A DNA stretch of 58,866 nt from a virus (lineage: Duplodnaviria > Caudoviricetes): positions 1-58,866 of IMG/VR virus record IMGVR_UViG_3300037423_000489; one strand, written 5' to 3'. Shown here piece after piece: positions 9,948-20,958 of this stretch. Below the pieces are notes generated by a model. That model was not told where the DNA came from. It did not search any database and was given only the letters and a program-made list of their open reading frames with translations. Both the position numbers and the translations under genes were made by a program. The stretch's first letter is position 1; each line of letters begins with the position of its first letter.

Positions 9948-10530
9948 CTTTGCGCGCATTATGTTGACTGGATATGACGCGCTGAAAAAGCGGCTTCAAG
10001 ACATGGACACAGAATTGCGCGAGAACGCATTGCGCGCAGTGACGTTCGCCGGCGCCAATGTGATCTGCCAGCAGGCCATTAAAAACGCGCCGTATTACAC
10101 CGGCGAGGTATCGGAAGATGTGATCTGCCAGCAGGCCATTGAAAACGCGCCGTATTACACCGGCGAGGTATCGGAAGGCCACCCGCCGCCAGGAACGCTC
10201 AAGAAAAGCATCATCGTCAAGCGAATCGAAGAGCAATCCGGCCCGTATCGAGAAACGTACTACGTGACGGTACGTCGCGGCAAGGTCGGCAGCGATTCGG
10301 ATGCCTATTACGCTCACATGGTCGAGTACGGCCACTTTGCGCGTGGGCCAGGACAGAAACTGAAAGGCGGCGCACGCAGCAAAGCCGCCCAGCGCGTAGC
10401 ACTCGAGGCATCCGGCGCCAAGTTTGTGCCGGCACAGTCCTACATGCGCACCGCGTATGAAATGAAAAAGGATGATGCCGTGCGTGCCATGCAAGAAAAA
10501 TTGAACGAACGTCTCAACTCGGTGAAATAA
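9940..10530 (+). CDS. HK97 gp10-like tail completion protein
   Basis: AP..TG, GTLKKSI, YYAHMVEYG, PAQSYMRTA motifs. Confidence 0.85.
   Translation: MGDFARIMLTGYDALKKRLQDMDTELRENALRAVTFAGANVICQQAIKNAPYYTGEVSEDVICQQAIENAPYYTGEVSEGHPPPGTLKKSIIVKRIEEQSGPYRETYYVTVRRGKVGSDSDAYYAHMVEYGHFARGPGQKLKGGARSKAAQRVALEASGAKFVPAQSYMRTAYEMKKDDAVRAMQEKLNERLNSVK
10058..10177 (+). repeat. 60-bp in-frame tandem duplication
   Basis: 10058-10117 and 10118-10177 identical except A10081/G10141. Confidence 0.95.
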
Positions 10531-13112
10531 TGGATCAACTCAATATTGGCGTGACGACAGACGCGGCGAAAGCTGCGGATGACTTGACGAAAGTTTCAAC
10601 GTCGATCGACAAGGTTCAAACCGCGACCGAGAAAATGAATGCGGTCAACGTCAATGCGACGCGATTGATCAACCAGAACGAAGCGGAAAGCCGCAAATTC
10701 ATCGCAGCATTGCAGGAAGAGGTCAACACTTACGGTAAAGGCCGCGAAGCCGTGCTGCAGTATCGGGCATCGCAACTGGGCATTGCCAATGAAGCGAAAA
10801 CGCTCATTGATCAGCTCACGAAAATGAAAGCCGGCAGTGATGCCGTACAAGGAGCAGCGCATGAAATGGAGCAGTTCGGCTTTCAGACTGCCGGTGCCAA
10901 GCGCGAATTACTGGTGCTGGCGCATGAAGCCAGTCAGGGAAATTGGACTCGCTTGGGCGGATCGTTGATGGTGCTGGGCGAGCGCACTAATGCGATGGGC
11001 TTGATTTTCAATTCAACTGGCTTGGCAATCGGCGTGGCCGCTGCGGCTGTGGCAGCGCTTGGCTATGAAGTCATCAAAGGCGCGGAGGAATGGAAAAATC
11101 TAAATGATGCGATCGCGAGAACAGGCAATTCGATCGGCCTCACCGCGCACGATATTTCGGATATGTCCAACTATGTTGCGCAAAGCACAGGCCATACCGC
11201 AAAAGCGCATGAAGCGCTTGATTTGCTCGTTGCATCGGGCCGCGTCGGCAAAGATGTTCTCCGTGACTTTGGGCGCGCAGTCCTGGAGGCATCGAACGAT
11301 ACAGGGCAAGATGTTCAAACCATCACGGCAGAGTTTCTCAAGATGCAGGATGGCGCCCTAAAGTTTGCGCAGGAATATCAAAAAACACACCATTTGCTCA
11401 ATGCAGCGCAAGCCGAAACGATTATCAAACTGGATGAGGAAGGCAAGCAGGCCGAAATAGTCAAGGTCATTCTCAGCGCGATGCATGATGAGCATGTGAG
11501 GCTGATGGAAACGCAGAAGCAGGAAAATGGTCTCATCACGCAATATTTCCAGGATTGGGCTCGTGGCTACGACAAGATCAAGGCATCGCTCATGAGTTTG
11601 GGCGCACCAGAATCCAATTTCGAAAAAATTGGCGACAAGCTCAAGATTGTCGAAGCAATCAAAAGTAATATTGCAAATGCGGAAGCGCTCGGTGATGAGA
11701 AAGCGGAAGCCAGGTTCAAGAGGGAACTCGCACGCACCTATGCTGAAATTGATTCGCTGACCGCTCTCGAAAACGCGAAGAAGAAAACTGCGGAGGCGAC
11801 AGCCACGGAGAAAAAAGGCGGCGATGCGGCATTCGGATTATCCAGCTATTTGAATTCAGGCTATCAGACAGACGCGCAACGCCGTGCCGATTTGGTCAAG
11901 GAAGAAAACAAGACATTCAACGAAGTCATCGCTGCCTATCAGGTAGGTTCTGCCGAATATGAAAAGGCAGTGATCCATCATAAGCAAAACTTGGCGGACA
12001 TCGATAAGCAATTCCGGACAGAAGGAAAACTGTCACCCTACGATCAGCAGAAGCGTTCCTTTGGCGAAGACAAAGCACGCTTAGACGATCAAATCAAGCA
12101 ATACCAGGAGTTTGGAAAAGCGGTCGATAAAAGCAAGCTGGCAATTCTTGATTTGTTGATTGCAGACGGCAAATTTAAAGGCACCTCAAAGGCTGGCATA
12201 GACGATTTGCGCGCCAGGGCAGCAGCACTTGATACCGAGGAAAGGCAGCTTTCAGCCATTAAGGACAAGATAACTGCGCAAAAGGAACTCGATGATGAGA
12301 ATGAGCGCGCACGGCTTGCCATGGAAAAATCGGATCGTGCCTCTGCTGATGAAATCGCCAGGTTGAAAGAACAGACCGACGCGATCGGCAAGACGGCATT
12401 GCAAATTCGTGAAATGACCGAAGCGCGGAAGATAGACGCACAAACAGCTGAGTTGGTCGCAAAGTTTCCACGCCAGGAAGGAGAAATTCGGGCTAGCGCT
12501 GAGAAGCACAAAGCGGACTACAACACGAAAGCCGAATCCGCCGACGCGCAACTGAAATCATGGAATACAGGCATGCAAAATTCGATGGCAGATTTCATGG
12601 ATACCGCTTCGAATGATGCGGCCAATGCCAAGAAGCTGTTCACAGACGCTTTCCAAGGGGCAGAGAATGCTTTCGTAAAATTTGTTGAGACAGGCAAGCT
12701 CAGTTTTAAGGGACTGGCAGACAGCATCATTTCAGATCTAATCCGCATCGAGACGCAAAAGGCAGAAGCAGCTTTTCTGAAAATGATCAGTTCAGATACT
12801 TCCACAAGTCCCTATTCTTCTGCTGAAGAAATTTCCATGCTTGGTGGTGCCTTTGCCGATGGCGGTGATCCTCCAGTAGGTGTGCCGTCTTTGGTTGGCG
12901 AACAGGGGCCTGAAATATTTGTCCCGAAAACTGCCGGCACCATCGTCCCGAACAACAAAATCGGCGGCGGTCCGTCAGTGAATTACTCGCCGCAAATCCA
13001 TATCGATAGCAGAACCGACCAGGCGCAAGTGCATGCTCTGGTAACGGCTGCTGTGCAGCGAGGTAATGCGCAATTGGTAGAACATCTGCAACGTGCGAAT
13101 AAGCTGAGGTAA
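10530..13112 (+). CDS. Tape measure protein (lambda H-like)
   Basis: 860-aa helical Ala/Glu/Lys-rich; TGKLSFKGLADSIISDL and FADGG..VGEQGPEIFVP motifs. Confidence 0.92.
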   Translation: MDQLNIGVTTDAAKAADDLTKVSTSIDKVQTATEKMNAVNVNATRLINQNEAESRKFIAALQEEVNTYGKGREAVLQYRASQLGIANEAKTLIDQLTKMKAGSDAVQGAAHEMEQFGFQTAGAKRELLVLAHEASQGNWTRLGGSLMVLGERTNAMGLIFNSTGLAIGVAAAAVAALGYEVIKGAEEWKNLNDAIARTGNSIGLTAHDISDMSNYVAQSTGHTAKAHEALDLLVASGRVGKDVLRDFGRAVLEASNDTGQDVQTITAEFLKMQDGALKFAQEYQKTHHLLNAAQAETIIKLDEEGKQAEIVKVILSAMHDEHVRLMETQKQENGLITQYFQDWARGYDKIKASLMSLGAPESNFEKIGDKLKIVEAIKSNIANAEALGDEKAEARFKRELARTYAEIDSLTALENAKKKTAEATATEKKGGDAAFGLSSYLNSGYQTDAQRRADLVKEENKTFNEVIAAYQVGSAEYEKAVIHHKQNLADIDKQFRTEGKLSPYDQQKRSFGEDKARLDDQIKQYQEFGKAVDKSKLAILDLLIADGKFKGTSKAGIDDLRARAAALDTEERQLSAIKDKITAQKELDDENERARLAMEKSDRASADEIARLKEQTDAIGKTALQIREMTEARKIDAQTAELVAKFPRQEGEIRASAEKHKADYNTKAESADAQLKSWNTGMQNSMADFMDTASNDAANAKKLFTDAFQGAENAFVKFVETGKLSFKGLADSIISDLIRIETQKAEAAFLKMISSDTSTSPYSSAEEISMLGGAFADGGDPPVGVPSLVGEQGPEIFVPKTAGTIVPNNKIGGGPSVNYSPQIHIDSRTDQAQVHALVTAAVQRGNAQLVEHLQRANKLR

Positions 13113-13115
13113 CGG

Positions 13116-13730
13116 ATGAGCATCATCACATTTCCTTCCACGCTGAAAGTTGCAAAGTTCTCGTGGGGTCAGCAACGCCGCGATGTCGAATTCAGAAGTT
13201 CATTCGGCGCTCAGGCGCTTGAGGTAGATACGCCATTGTGGGTTGCTACTGTCACAGCTCCCACGATACAGGCGCAGGCTGACGGCGGCTGGCAGGTTTT
13301 GCTGATGCAACTGCAAGGCAGAACAAACCAGCTCGCATTGTATAACCGTGGTCGTCCACAGCCACTGGGAACCATGCGCGGCGCGATGCAGTTCAATGCC
13401 AATGCTGCCGCAGGCGATACAACAATCAGCATAGTCGCAACAGGTGAAACATCAAAAACGCTGCTTGCCGGTGACTATATCGGGTTCGGTAGCACGACGA
13501 CACAACAGGTAGTGATGGTGTTGTCCGATGCGACATCTGACGGATCAGGTGTGATCAGCGTGAATGTTCAGCCGCCATTGCGCAATGCATTTCTCGCAGG
13601 CGATGCAATCACATGGGATCAGCCGAAAGCGCTTTTCAGACAAAAGTCATCTAGCCCGATGAAATGGGATTATGAGCCGAAAATTGTCAGTGGTTTCATG
13701 CTCGACCTGATTGAGGACTGGAGAACGTAA
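13116..13730 (+). CDS. Putative distal tail protein
   Basis: Directly after TMP; PPLR motif; beta-rich. Confidence 0.6.
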   Translation: MSIITFPSTLKVAKFSWGQQRRDVEFRSSFGAQALEVDTPLWVATVTAPTIQAQADGGWQVLLMQLQGRTNQLALYNRGRPQPLGTMRGAMQFNANAAAGDTTISIVATGETSKTLLAGDYIGFGSTTTQQVVMVLSDATSDGSGVISVNVQPPLRNAFLAGDAITWDQPKALFRQKSSSPMKWDYEPKIVSGFMLDLIEDWRT

Positions 13731-14323
13731 TGACAACGCTCACCACTTCTCAACAAGCGGAAGTTGAAAAGCCAGTCACGCGTACTGCCTATTTCGCAGA
13801 ATTTCATTTTACGACTGGAATATTGCGGGTCTGCTCGCTCGGGCAAAACTACGATTGTGGTGGAAATACCTGGTTGGGTGTGGGCACATTGGGATCAATT
13901 TCCGATGTCGTGGAAACATCAACAACAGAATCCAGCCCCGTGACCTTCACGCTCAACTGTGCGCAAGCGTCCATGTTGGCAACCGGATTGAGTTCGCCGG
14001 ATACCTATCGCGGGCAAGCCGCGAAGTTGTATATGTGCCCTCTTGATGATCAATTCAGGCTTATCGACACGCCAGTGATCTGCTGGCGCGGGTTCATGGA
14101 CATGATGGCATTGAATATCGATAAGGATGGCACAGGCAATATCCAGTTGAAGTGCGAAACATCTGCATTCGGCCTGAGCAAGATGCCGAATTACCGCATG
14201 AATGCAGCACAGCAGAAGCTCACCTATCCGGAAGATACAGGCTTCGACTATTTGACATACCTGATTACCCAGCCACAAGTCTGGTTCTCTGTGGCGGCGC
14301 AAACAATCATTTTGCACAGATGA
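13730..14323 (+). CDS. Minor tail / hub-associated protein
   Basis: WLGVGTLGSIS and QQKLTYPEDTGFDY motifs typical of this tail-tip module. Confidence 0.65.
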   Translation: MTTLTTSQQAEVEKPVTRTAYFAEFHFTTGILRVCSLGQNYDCGGNTWLGVGTLGSISDVVETSTTESSPVTFTLNCAQASMLATGLSSPDTYRGQAAKLYMCPLDDQFRLIDTPVICWRGFMDMMALNIDKDGTGNIQLKCETSAFGLSKMPNYRMNAAQQKLTYPEDTGFDYLTYLITQPQVWFSVAAQTIILHR

Positions 14324-14679
14324 CAATCCAAGATTATTTGACACTCCACTTGAAGACGCCGTTCGAGTGGGGAAAGCACGACTGCGTGCTGTTTGTGGCG
14401 AATTGGATCAAGCAAAAGACTGGCACCGATCCCTTGGAAGGGTTGCCAACATGGTCGAGCGAGGAAGAGGCGCAGGCAGCCATCGAGCAGCTTGGCGGCA
14501 TTGCACATGTGCTTGACAAGAAATTCAACCGCATCAATCCAAATCTTGCAAGAGACGGCGACATCGCTATGGTTGATGGCCGTATCGCATTATTCAGTGG
14601 AGCACGGATAGTTGGGCCTAGCTTTGGCGGTCTACTTTATGTCAACAGATTGAAAGCATTATGCGCCTGGTCGTTCTGA
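14320..14679 (+). CDS. NlpC/P60-like tail tip protein (DUF6950-like)
   Basis: PFEWGKHDCVLF and ARDGDIA motifs; ATG at 14320 overlaps upstream stop. Confidence 0.75.
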   Translation: MTIQDYLTLHLKTPFEWGKHDCVLFVANWIKQKTGTDPLEGLPTWSSEEEAQAAIEQLGGIAHVLDKKFNRINPNLARDGDIAMVDGRIALFSGARIVGPSFGGLLYVNRLKALCAWSF

Positions 14680-17600
14680 TCCTTCTCGCATTGCATACGT
14701 CGCTATGCTTTGCCGCACCAGCCGTTGGCTATGTTATCGCTGCCATTGTCGCTTATGAGGGCTATGTGCAGCTTGCCATCATGATTGCGATGGCAGTTTA
14801 TGGCTATTCGCAGCAGAAGAAGGCGCAGCGGCAGGCAATGGATGACTGGTATGCAGGCCTGCGAGATAGAACGATTACCGGCGTCGCGTCTGATAATCCG
14901 TATGTATACGTGTACGGCAGAGCAATGGTCGGTGGCACCATTGTCGCGCTATTCAATGGCGACACAGCTGGGACATATAAATATGCCGTCATCGTTCTGG
15001 CAGCACATGAATGCGATGCGATTGAAGAAGTCTACATTGCTGGGCATGCCATCGAATTTCAGGAAAGGGATTTGATCACAGGGGATGTGGCGATCGGCTC
15101 TTATTTTTTTCCGCCGACCACGATGTACCCCACGAATAGATTCTTCACGACTAGCTATACAATACCAACACGTCATTTTGCTGGATCGGTAACTGTTACC
15201 TCTCTTAATGCAGATCTAGCATATGACAATGTTTCATATTCTGTCAGCGGGACATTTGTTACTGGCTCTACAACATTGTATGAAGCTGGGGCTGTTGTCA
15301 CTGTTTCATCTCTACCGCTTTATTACTACACAATTGGATACGCCGCGCCAGGAGATATTCCGCGTGTAAGCATTTGGCCACACCTAGGAATACCTGGTGA
15401 TACTGCTGATCCTGTATTGATGGCAGCAGTTCCTGATCTTTGGAAGAGCACCGCAACGCTGACTGGATTCTGCTATATAGTTCTGAAGCTTCACCTTGCC
15501 CAGACTGAATTTCAGACTGGCATGCCATCAGTAACAGCGCTTGTACGTGGCAAAAAACTGTTCGATCCGCGTAGCAACACGACATACTGGAACCAGAATC
15601 CTGCGCTTGTCGCTTACGACTACCTGACCAGTAAATTTTGTGGAAACATTTCTCCAGATGATTTGCCGCTGGCAGAATACATCACTGCTGCCAATGTCTG
15701 CGATGAGGATCATTCCGTCGATTCGACCATTCCTGCAGATTATGGTAATCGATATACCTTTAACGGAACGATCACTGCTGATCAGCAACAAGCATCAACT
15801 CTGGAAGCTATTGCGCAATCGATGGCGGGTACGATTGTCGCGACGACATGGAGTATAACTGCTGGCAAGTATGTTGCGCCGATCATGGATTTGTACCAGG
15901 AAGATATAGTCGGAAAGGTTGGTATTTCACCTGGGCTATCAGACAAGGATACATTCAATGGAATAAAGGGGCGGTTTTCTGGCTCAGAAAATAATTATGC
16001 AGCTACCGACTTCACGCCATATCAGGATGCAGGTTATCTTGCTATTGATGGCGTGGCGAAGTGGACGAATATCGATTTCCCGTTCACCGATTCGACGCTG
16101 CGCATTTTCAACCTGTCATCGATATTTATTGATGACGCACAAAATGCCTATTCGTTCACGGCTGAATTTGGCCTGAAAGTATGGGGTTTGCAAATCGGTG
16201 ATCGCATTACTTTTACCAGTACGTTCCTCGGGTTTTCTTCGAAAGTTTTTCGTATCACCGATAAGAAATACAATCAGAACTCGGCAGTGCAGCTGACGTT
16301 GAAGGAAGACGATCCATCGATATGGGAACTTGCGGCAACGAATATCCAGACCGTTCTTGTGCCGACAATTGAGCCGCAGCCAGCTCCTCCAGCGCCAGCT
16401 ACGCAGACATCATTTACATTGCCAACTGAATCGATTCTTGGAACTGTTTCTATTATTGATTCAATTCCTCCTGTCCCAGCAATATATAGTGTTGTCGGTA
16501 CTTTAGTGCCAGGCACAACAAATGTATATCAAGCTGGCGCGACGGTGACGCTTGATGTTTTTCCTGTCACTACAGCAGTATCGAATACTTATTGGTGCGT
16601 CTATGAGGCACCAGGCGCGCCGACACAGCCATCAGGTCCACTACCAGCTTCTAATCTGCCTGATCCGTATGTTGTGGATGCAATAGCATCGTTGACGCTC
16701 TCATCCGGTAATAATGATTTGCTGTTCATGTCAGATGGTACGGTTGTTTCGCGAATATATGCGACATGGCCTGAGTCAACCACTCAGGTGGTGATTACCG
16801 GAGGGCAGATTGAATTGCAGTGGATGCAAGTCGGCTCTGACGTATGGCATTCTTTTACTACGCCTGGAGACCAGACAAACGCCTATTTGTCACCGGTAAA
16901 GGATGGGCAGGTCTATCAAGTTCGCATACGTGCGATCAATACAGCGAACAATGCGCGCTCGGACTGGACATATGCTGCACCGCATACCGTGCAAGGTAAA
17001 TCGCTGCCGCCAGCAGACGTAACAGGCTTTTCCTATGTACTGGAAAACTTCGGTATCACGCTTTCATGGACAGCAAACACAGATCCAGACTTGCAAGGTT
17101 ATGAAGTTCGCATGGGAGGAACTGATTGGGCAAGCAGCACATTAGTTACAAAATTAACGTCGACGCACTATTTCACCAAGCCTACTGTCTCCGGAAATAT
17201 TCTGTACCGCATCAAGGCAATCGACACCAGCGGCAATTATTCCGTCAATGACGCCGAGGCGACAGTTGTCATCACTGTTCCGCCAGTCGTGAATGTATCA
17301 GCTGTTGTCTCTGGGCAGAATGCAGTTATCACTTGGTCGCCTGTTGTCGGCTCATCTGCAATCGATCATTATGAAATCCGTTATGGTTTTTCATTCGCTG
17401 CTGGCACGCTGCTAGGGAAAATATCAGGCACGACCTTCAGCGAGCACATTACTTATAGCGGCACGAGAAATTATTGGGTGGCTGCTGTCGATGTAGCCGG
17501 TAACGTAGGAAATGCAAGCGGCACCGCAAGCATTACGATTACAGCACCAACTGCTCCGACCGTCACATCGCAAGTCATCGACAACAATGTATTGCTGTTC

Positions 17601-18527
17601 TGGACAGATGCCACGCAGACATTGCCTATAGCAACCTATGAAATTCGAAAAGGCTCTGTTTATGCGAGTGCGACCATTATCGGAACAACGCAAAGCCGAT
17701 TCAGTGCACTATTTGAAAATACTGCAGGCTCATATACGTATTGGGTGACAGGCATAGACAGTGCAGGCAATTACGGAACGTCGCAGAGTCACACGGCAAC
17801 GGTTAATCAGCCGCCTGACTTCGTATTCCGCAATAATTTCAATTCGTCATTCAGCGGAACGCTATCTAATGCGCTTGTTGAATCAGGCGCTGTGATTTTG
17901 CCAGTAAATACGACGGAGACATGGACGCAGCATTTTTCAACACGTTCATGGACTGACGTGCAAGACCAGATCAATGCCGGTTACCCGATTTACATCGAGC
18001 CGGCAGATTCACCTGGATATTACGAAGAGACTTTCGACTGTGGTGCTGCACTCGGCTCCAATAAGGTAACGCTGTCATATACCAGCTCAGTGATTGCTGG
18101 TTCGCCAACAGTGGCGACGAAAATTTCTCTTTCTCCTGACAACATAACTTATACCGATTATTCAGGCGTCACGGAGGTATATTCGTCTGGATTCAGATAT
18201 ATAAAAATCAGGATCACTGTATCTGGCGGTTCGACAGATCTGCTGGAGATCAGTGCAATCAATGTGAAGGTGGATTCCAAACTGCTAAATGATGCTGGCA
18301 CTGTATCTGCATTGGCGTCAGATGTTGGTGGCACGGTGGTGAATTTCAATGTGCCATTCACTGAAGTGTCAAGTATCACAGGAACCGCAATGACGACATC
18401 ACCGTGCACAGTTGTAATCGATTTCACCAGCGTTCCGAATCCTACATCTTTCAAAGTACTTGTATTTGACAACACAGGAACTCGCGTGAGCGCTTCCGTT
18501 TCTTGGGCTGCTAAAGGTAATCAATAA
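14661..18527 (+). CDS. Central tail tip / host-specificity protein (J-like) with FN3 repeats
   Basis: YVYGRAMVGG, VRGKKLFDPR, NPALVAYDYL motifs; several FN3 ends (KAIDTSGN, AVDVAGN, GIDSAGN). Confidence 0.88.
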   Translation: MRLVVLILLALHTSLCFAAPAVGYVIAAIVAYEGYVQLAIMIAMAVYGYSQQKKAQRQAMDDWYAGLRDRTITGVASDNPYVYVYGRAMVGGTIVALFNGDTAGTYKYAVIVLAAHECDAIEEVYIAGHAIEFQERDLITGDVAIGSYFFPPTTMYPTNRFFTTSYTIPTRHFAGSVTVTSLNADLAYDNVSYSVSGTFVTGSTTLYEAGAVVTVSSLPLYYYTIGYAAPGDIPRVSIWPHLGIPGDTADPVLMAAVPDLWKSTATLTGFCYIVLKLHLAQTEFQTGMPSVTALVRGKKLFDPRSNTTYWNQNPALVAYDYLTSKFCGNISPDDLPLAEYITAANVCDEDHSVDSTIPADYGNRYTFNGTITADQQQASTLEAIAQSMAGTIVATTWSITAGKYVAPIMDLYQEDIVGKVGISPGLSDKDTFNGIKGRFSGSENNYAATDFTPYQDAGYLAIDGVAKWTNIDFPFTDSTLRIFNLSSIFIDDAQNAYSFTAEFGLKVWGLQIGDRITFTSTFLGFSSKVFRITDKKYNQNSAVQLTLKEDDPSIWELAATNIQTVLVPTIEPQPAPPAPATQTSFTLPTESILGTVSIIDSIPPVPAIYSVVGTLVPGTTNVYQAGATVTLDVFPVTTAVSNTYWCVYEAPGAPTQPSGPLPASNLPDPYVVDAIASLTLSSGNNDLLFMSDGTVVSRIYATWPESTTQVVITGGQIELQWMQVGSDVWHSFTTPGDQTNAYLSPVKDGQVYQVRIRAINTANNARSDWTYAAPHTVQGKSLPPADVTGFSYVLENFGITLSWTANTDPDLQGYEVRMGGTDWASSTLVTKLTSTHYFTKPTVSGNILYRIKAIDTSGNYSVNDAEATVVITVPPVVNVSAVVSGQNAVITWSPVVGSSAIDHYEIRYGFSFAAGTLLGKISGTTFSEHITYSGTRNYWVAAVDVAGNVGNASGTASITITAPTAPTVTSQVIDNNVLLFWTDATQTLPIATYEIRKGSVYASATIIGTTQSRFSALFENTAGSYTYWVTGIDSAGNYGTSQSHTATVNQPPDFVFRNNFNSSFSGTLSNALVESGAVILPVNTTETWTQHFSTRSWTDVQDQINAGYPIYIEPADSPGYYEETFDCGAALGSNKVTLSYTSSVIAGSPTVATKISLSPDNITYTDYSGVTEVYSSGFRYIKIRITVSGGSTDLLEISAINVKVDSKLLNDAGTVSALASDVGGTVVNFNVPFTEVSSITGTAMTTSPCTVVIDFTSVPNPTSFKVLVFDNTGTRVSASVSWAAKGNQ

Positions 18528-20236
18528 TGGCTGACTTTACAACGCTATCGGCAAGTACGGCATACCCATCGTTGCTTCCGCAAATCAGCGGACGCGATGA
18601 CGATCTGGCCATGATGCTTGACCCGACATATGCATCGCCGACGAATGTCAAAACAAATTTCCAAAGGCTAAATAGTGCACTCGGAAAAATTCAACGTTTT
18701 AACGGCACAAGCTGGGTCGATGCGCTTTCATCGTGGAATATCACAGGCACACTAAGTTCATCTGGCAATGCCACGTTCGGCGACGGAACGACTTCTGGTG
18801 CCTTAAATGTAAATATAAATGCCCCGCTGGCAAATAGCGCTGGATTGAATTGGCAAGCAGCAAGCTCCACAAAATGGAGCTTATATAGAGTATTAACAAC
18901 TAATGCACTCCAACTCGATAACAATAATAAATCCGGCGTTCTTTCTTTTGATAATACATCTGGAAATGCGACATTCGGGTACAGTGTTTCTATCGCAAAT
19001 TCTGCAACTGTTACGCAAAATGATTCAAGTGCTCAATTAAGGTTGGGTCGCACAAATTCATTTGTTGGATATGGCCGAATAGGCGCAGATTCAAGTTATG
19101 TTTTTGCTATATCCAATGATTCACTAACAACTACACCATTTTTGATTAATCAGAACACGCCTAACAACGCATTCTCTCTTTCATCCACAGGACTTGCTTT
19201 GGGTGTCGCATTTAGTGCAACCTTTAACGGCGTGAATACAACTTTCGGAAATGCATCAAACGATTCAGGTGTAGGTCTGCAGATTTTGGGTGGGAATACG
19301 CAAAAAAACTGGCTTGTCTCGAGTAATTTATTCACCGGCGGCAATTTTGAAATAACTCCATCAACGACAAATGGCGGATCTACTTTTACAACGCCAATTT
19401 TTAAATTATCGACAAGCGGCCTAGTTTTAACAGGAATATCTTTTGCAACACAGTACACATCAACATCGTCATCTTCTTCATTACCAGGGTTCGCTGTTAG
19501 CGCAGGAAATGGCTCATACAATAGCGGCGCAAATCAAGTTGGCATATCATGTAATAGCACTCAAGTAGCAAATTTCAGTACTTCTGCTATCACAGCCGTT
19601 GCTGTGCCGGTAAATGAAGCTGTAGGGTCAAGCATTGCATCGGCAACAACAATTAATCTTACGACAGCAACAGGCAATGGCATACATATCACCGGGACGA
19701 CAGCTATCACTGCAGTGACTCTTGGCGCAGGTATGCGCCGCACGGTGATATTTGATGGCACATTGACGCTGACGCATCACTCTATAAACAATAATCTGCC
19801 AGGTGGGTTGAATATCACGACAGCTGCAGGAGACCGTGCGACATATTGGAGCGATGGAACAACCGTTTATTGCACTTCATATGTGCGAGCAGATGGCACA
19901 ACGCCAACTTCATATATAAGTACTGGTAATGCATTGCCAGCAGCGAACACGGTCTTATCTGTCAATCATGGGCTTGGCTCAATGCCTTCCTCGTGGAGCG
20001 TAAGTATAGTATGCGCAACTGCTGATCAAGGTTATTCTGTTGGAGACGAAATTGATGTAAGTGGACTTATCGATGGCGATGGCGGACGCATGACTTCATC
20101 ATGGGCAAATTCAACCACAATCGGTTTTATCACATCGGTTGCAAGCTGCGCGCTTTCAATTCGAAGCAGGTCAATCAATGGCACTGCATCCATCACACCA
20201 GCAAACTGGACATTAACATTTAGAGCAAGGAAATAA
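18527..20236 (+). CDS. Tail fibre / receptor-binding protein
   Basis: Ser/Thr/Asn/Gly-rich 569 aa after J; AT-richer DNA; NHGLGSMP C-terminal domain. Confidence 0.75.
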   Translation: MADFTTLSASTAYPSLLPQISGRDDDLAMMLDPTYASPTNVKTNFQRLNSALGKIQRFNGTSWVDALSSWNITGTLSSSGNATFGDGTTSGALNVNINAPLANSAGLNWQAASSTKWSLYRVLTTNALQLDNNNKSGVLSFDNTSGNATFGYSVSIANSATVTQNDSSAQLRLGRTNSFVGYGRIGADSSYVFAISNDSLTTTPFLINQNTPNNAFSLSSTGLALGVAFSATFNGVNTTFGNASNDSGVGLQILGGNTQKNWLVSSNLFTGGNFEITPSTTNGGSTFTTPIFKLSTSGLVLTGISFATQYTSTSSSSSLPGFAVSAGNGSYNSGANQVGISCNSTQVANFSTSAITAVAVPVNEAVGSSIASATTINLTTATGNGIHITGTTAITAVTLGAGMRRTVIFDGTLTLTHHSINNNLPGGLNITTAAGDRATYWSDGTTVYCTSYVRADGTTPTSYISTGNALPAANTVLSVNHGLGSMPSSWSVSIVCATADQGYSVGDEIDVSGLIDGDGGRMTSSWANSTTIGFITSVASCALSIRSRSINGTASITPANWTLTFRARK

Positions 20237-20245
20237 GGAAACGAC

Positions 20246-20443
20246 ATGAACGCACCAACAGTAACATGGACATTTTCGCTTGAGCAGGCACAGCTCGTAC
20301 TTGCCGGCGTCGCTAAGCTGCCGATTGAAGTGGCTGGCAAGCTTCACAGAAGTATGGAACAAGACTTCATCAACACCATTGAAAGCGCCAACAAGGAAGC
20401 AGCAAAGCAGAAGCGGGAAAAGCCAGCACAAAAGCAGGAGTAA
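20246..20443 (+). CDS. Small fibre-associated protein
   Basis: AAGGAA RBS; LAGVAKLP motif seen after tail fibre genes. Confidence 0.55.
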   Translation: MNAPTVTWTFSLEQAQLVLAGVAKLPIEVAGKLHRSMEQDFINTIESANKEAAKQKREKPAQKQE

Positions 20444-20447
20444 TAAG

Positions 20448-20939
20448 GTGCGCCTTATTTGGGGAAACGATGCAGGGGCTATCGACAATGGCACAGCGAT
20501 ATGGTCAATCAGTGCAGCGCCGACGCTCTCATTTTCATTTGACGGCCTTTTCTATTGCACAGACAAAAACAGCTATCTGAAAAGGATTGGAGCGGGGCAG
20601 TGCGGCTTGTCAGAAGCCGAGAAGTCAGAAATTGCTACATATATTTCTGCCGCCACACCAATCTCTCCGACGCCATTGACGAAGGAACAGGTTGTCGCGC
20701 AGCTTGAAGCCAGCGTGCAGGCCTATATTGATTCTGTAGCAAACAGAAAGGGATATGAATCGGCAGAGCGCTGCATCAGCTACCTGAACTCAACAAATGA
20801 CACATGGAAGTCAGATGCGACTGCTATGAATTCGTGGCGCGATCAGGTATGGATGTACTGTCAGAACGAAGAAAACACTGCTAATACAGCGCCTACTGCT
20901 GATGAGCTGATTGCCGCATTACCAGCGGCGCCGTGGTAG
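20448..20939 (+). CDS. Putative tail fibre assembly chaperone
   Basis: GTG start; VQAYIDSVA..KGY..SY..S..WRDQVW..ELIAALP motif. Confidence 0.7.
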   Translation: MRLIWGNDAGAIDNGTAIWSISAAPTLSFSFDGLFYCTDKNSYLKRIGAGQCGLSEAEKSEIATYISAATPISPTPLTKEQVVAQLEASVQAYIDSVANRKGYESAERCISYLNSTNDTWKSDATAMNSWRDQVWMYCQNEENTANTAPTADELIAALPAAPW

Positions 20940-20958
20940 AAAAAAACGAATTCAAACC

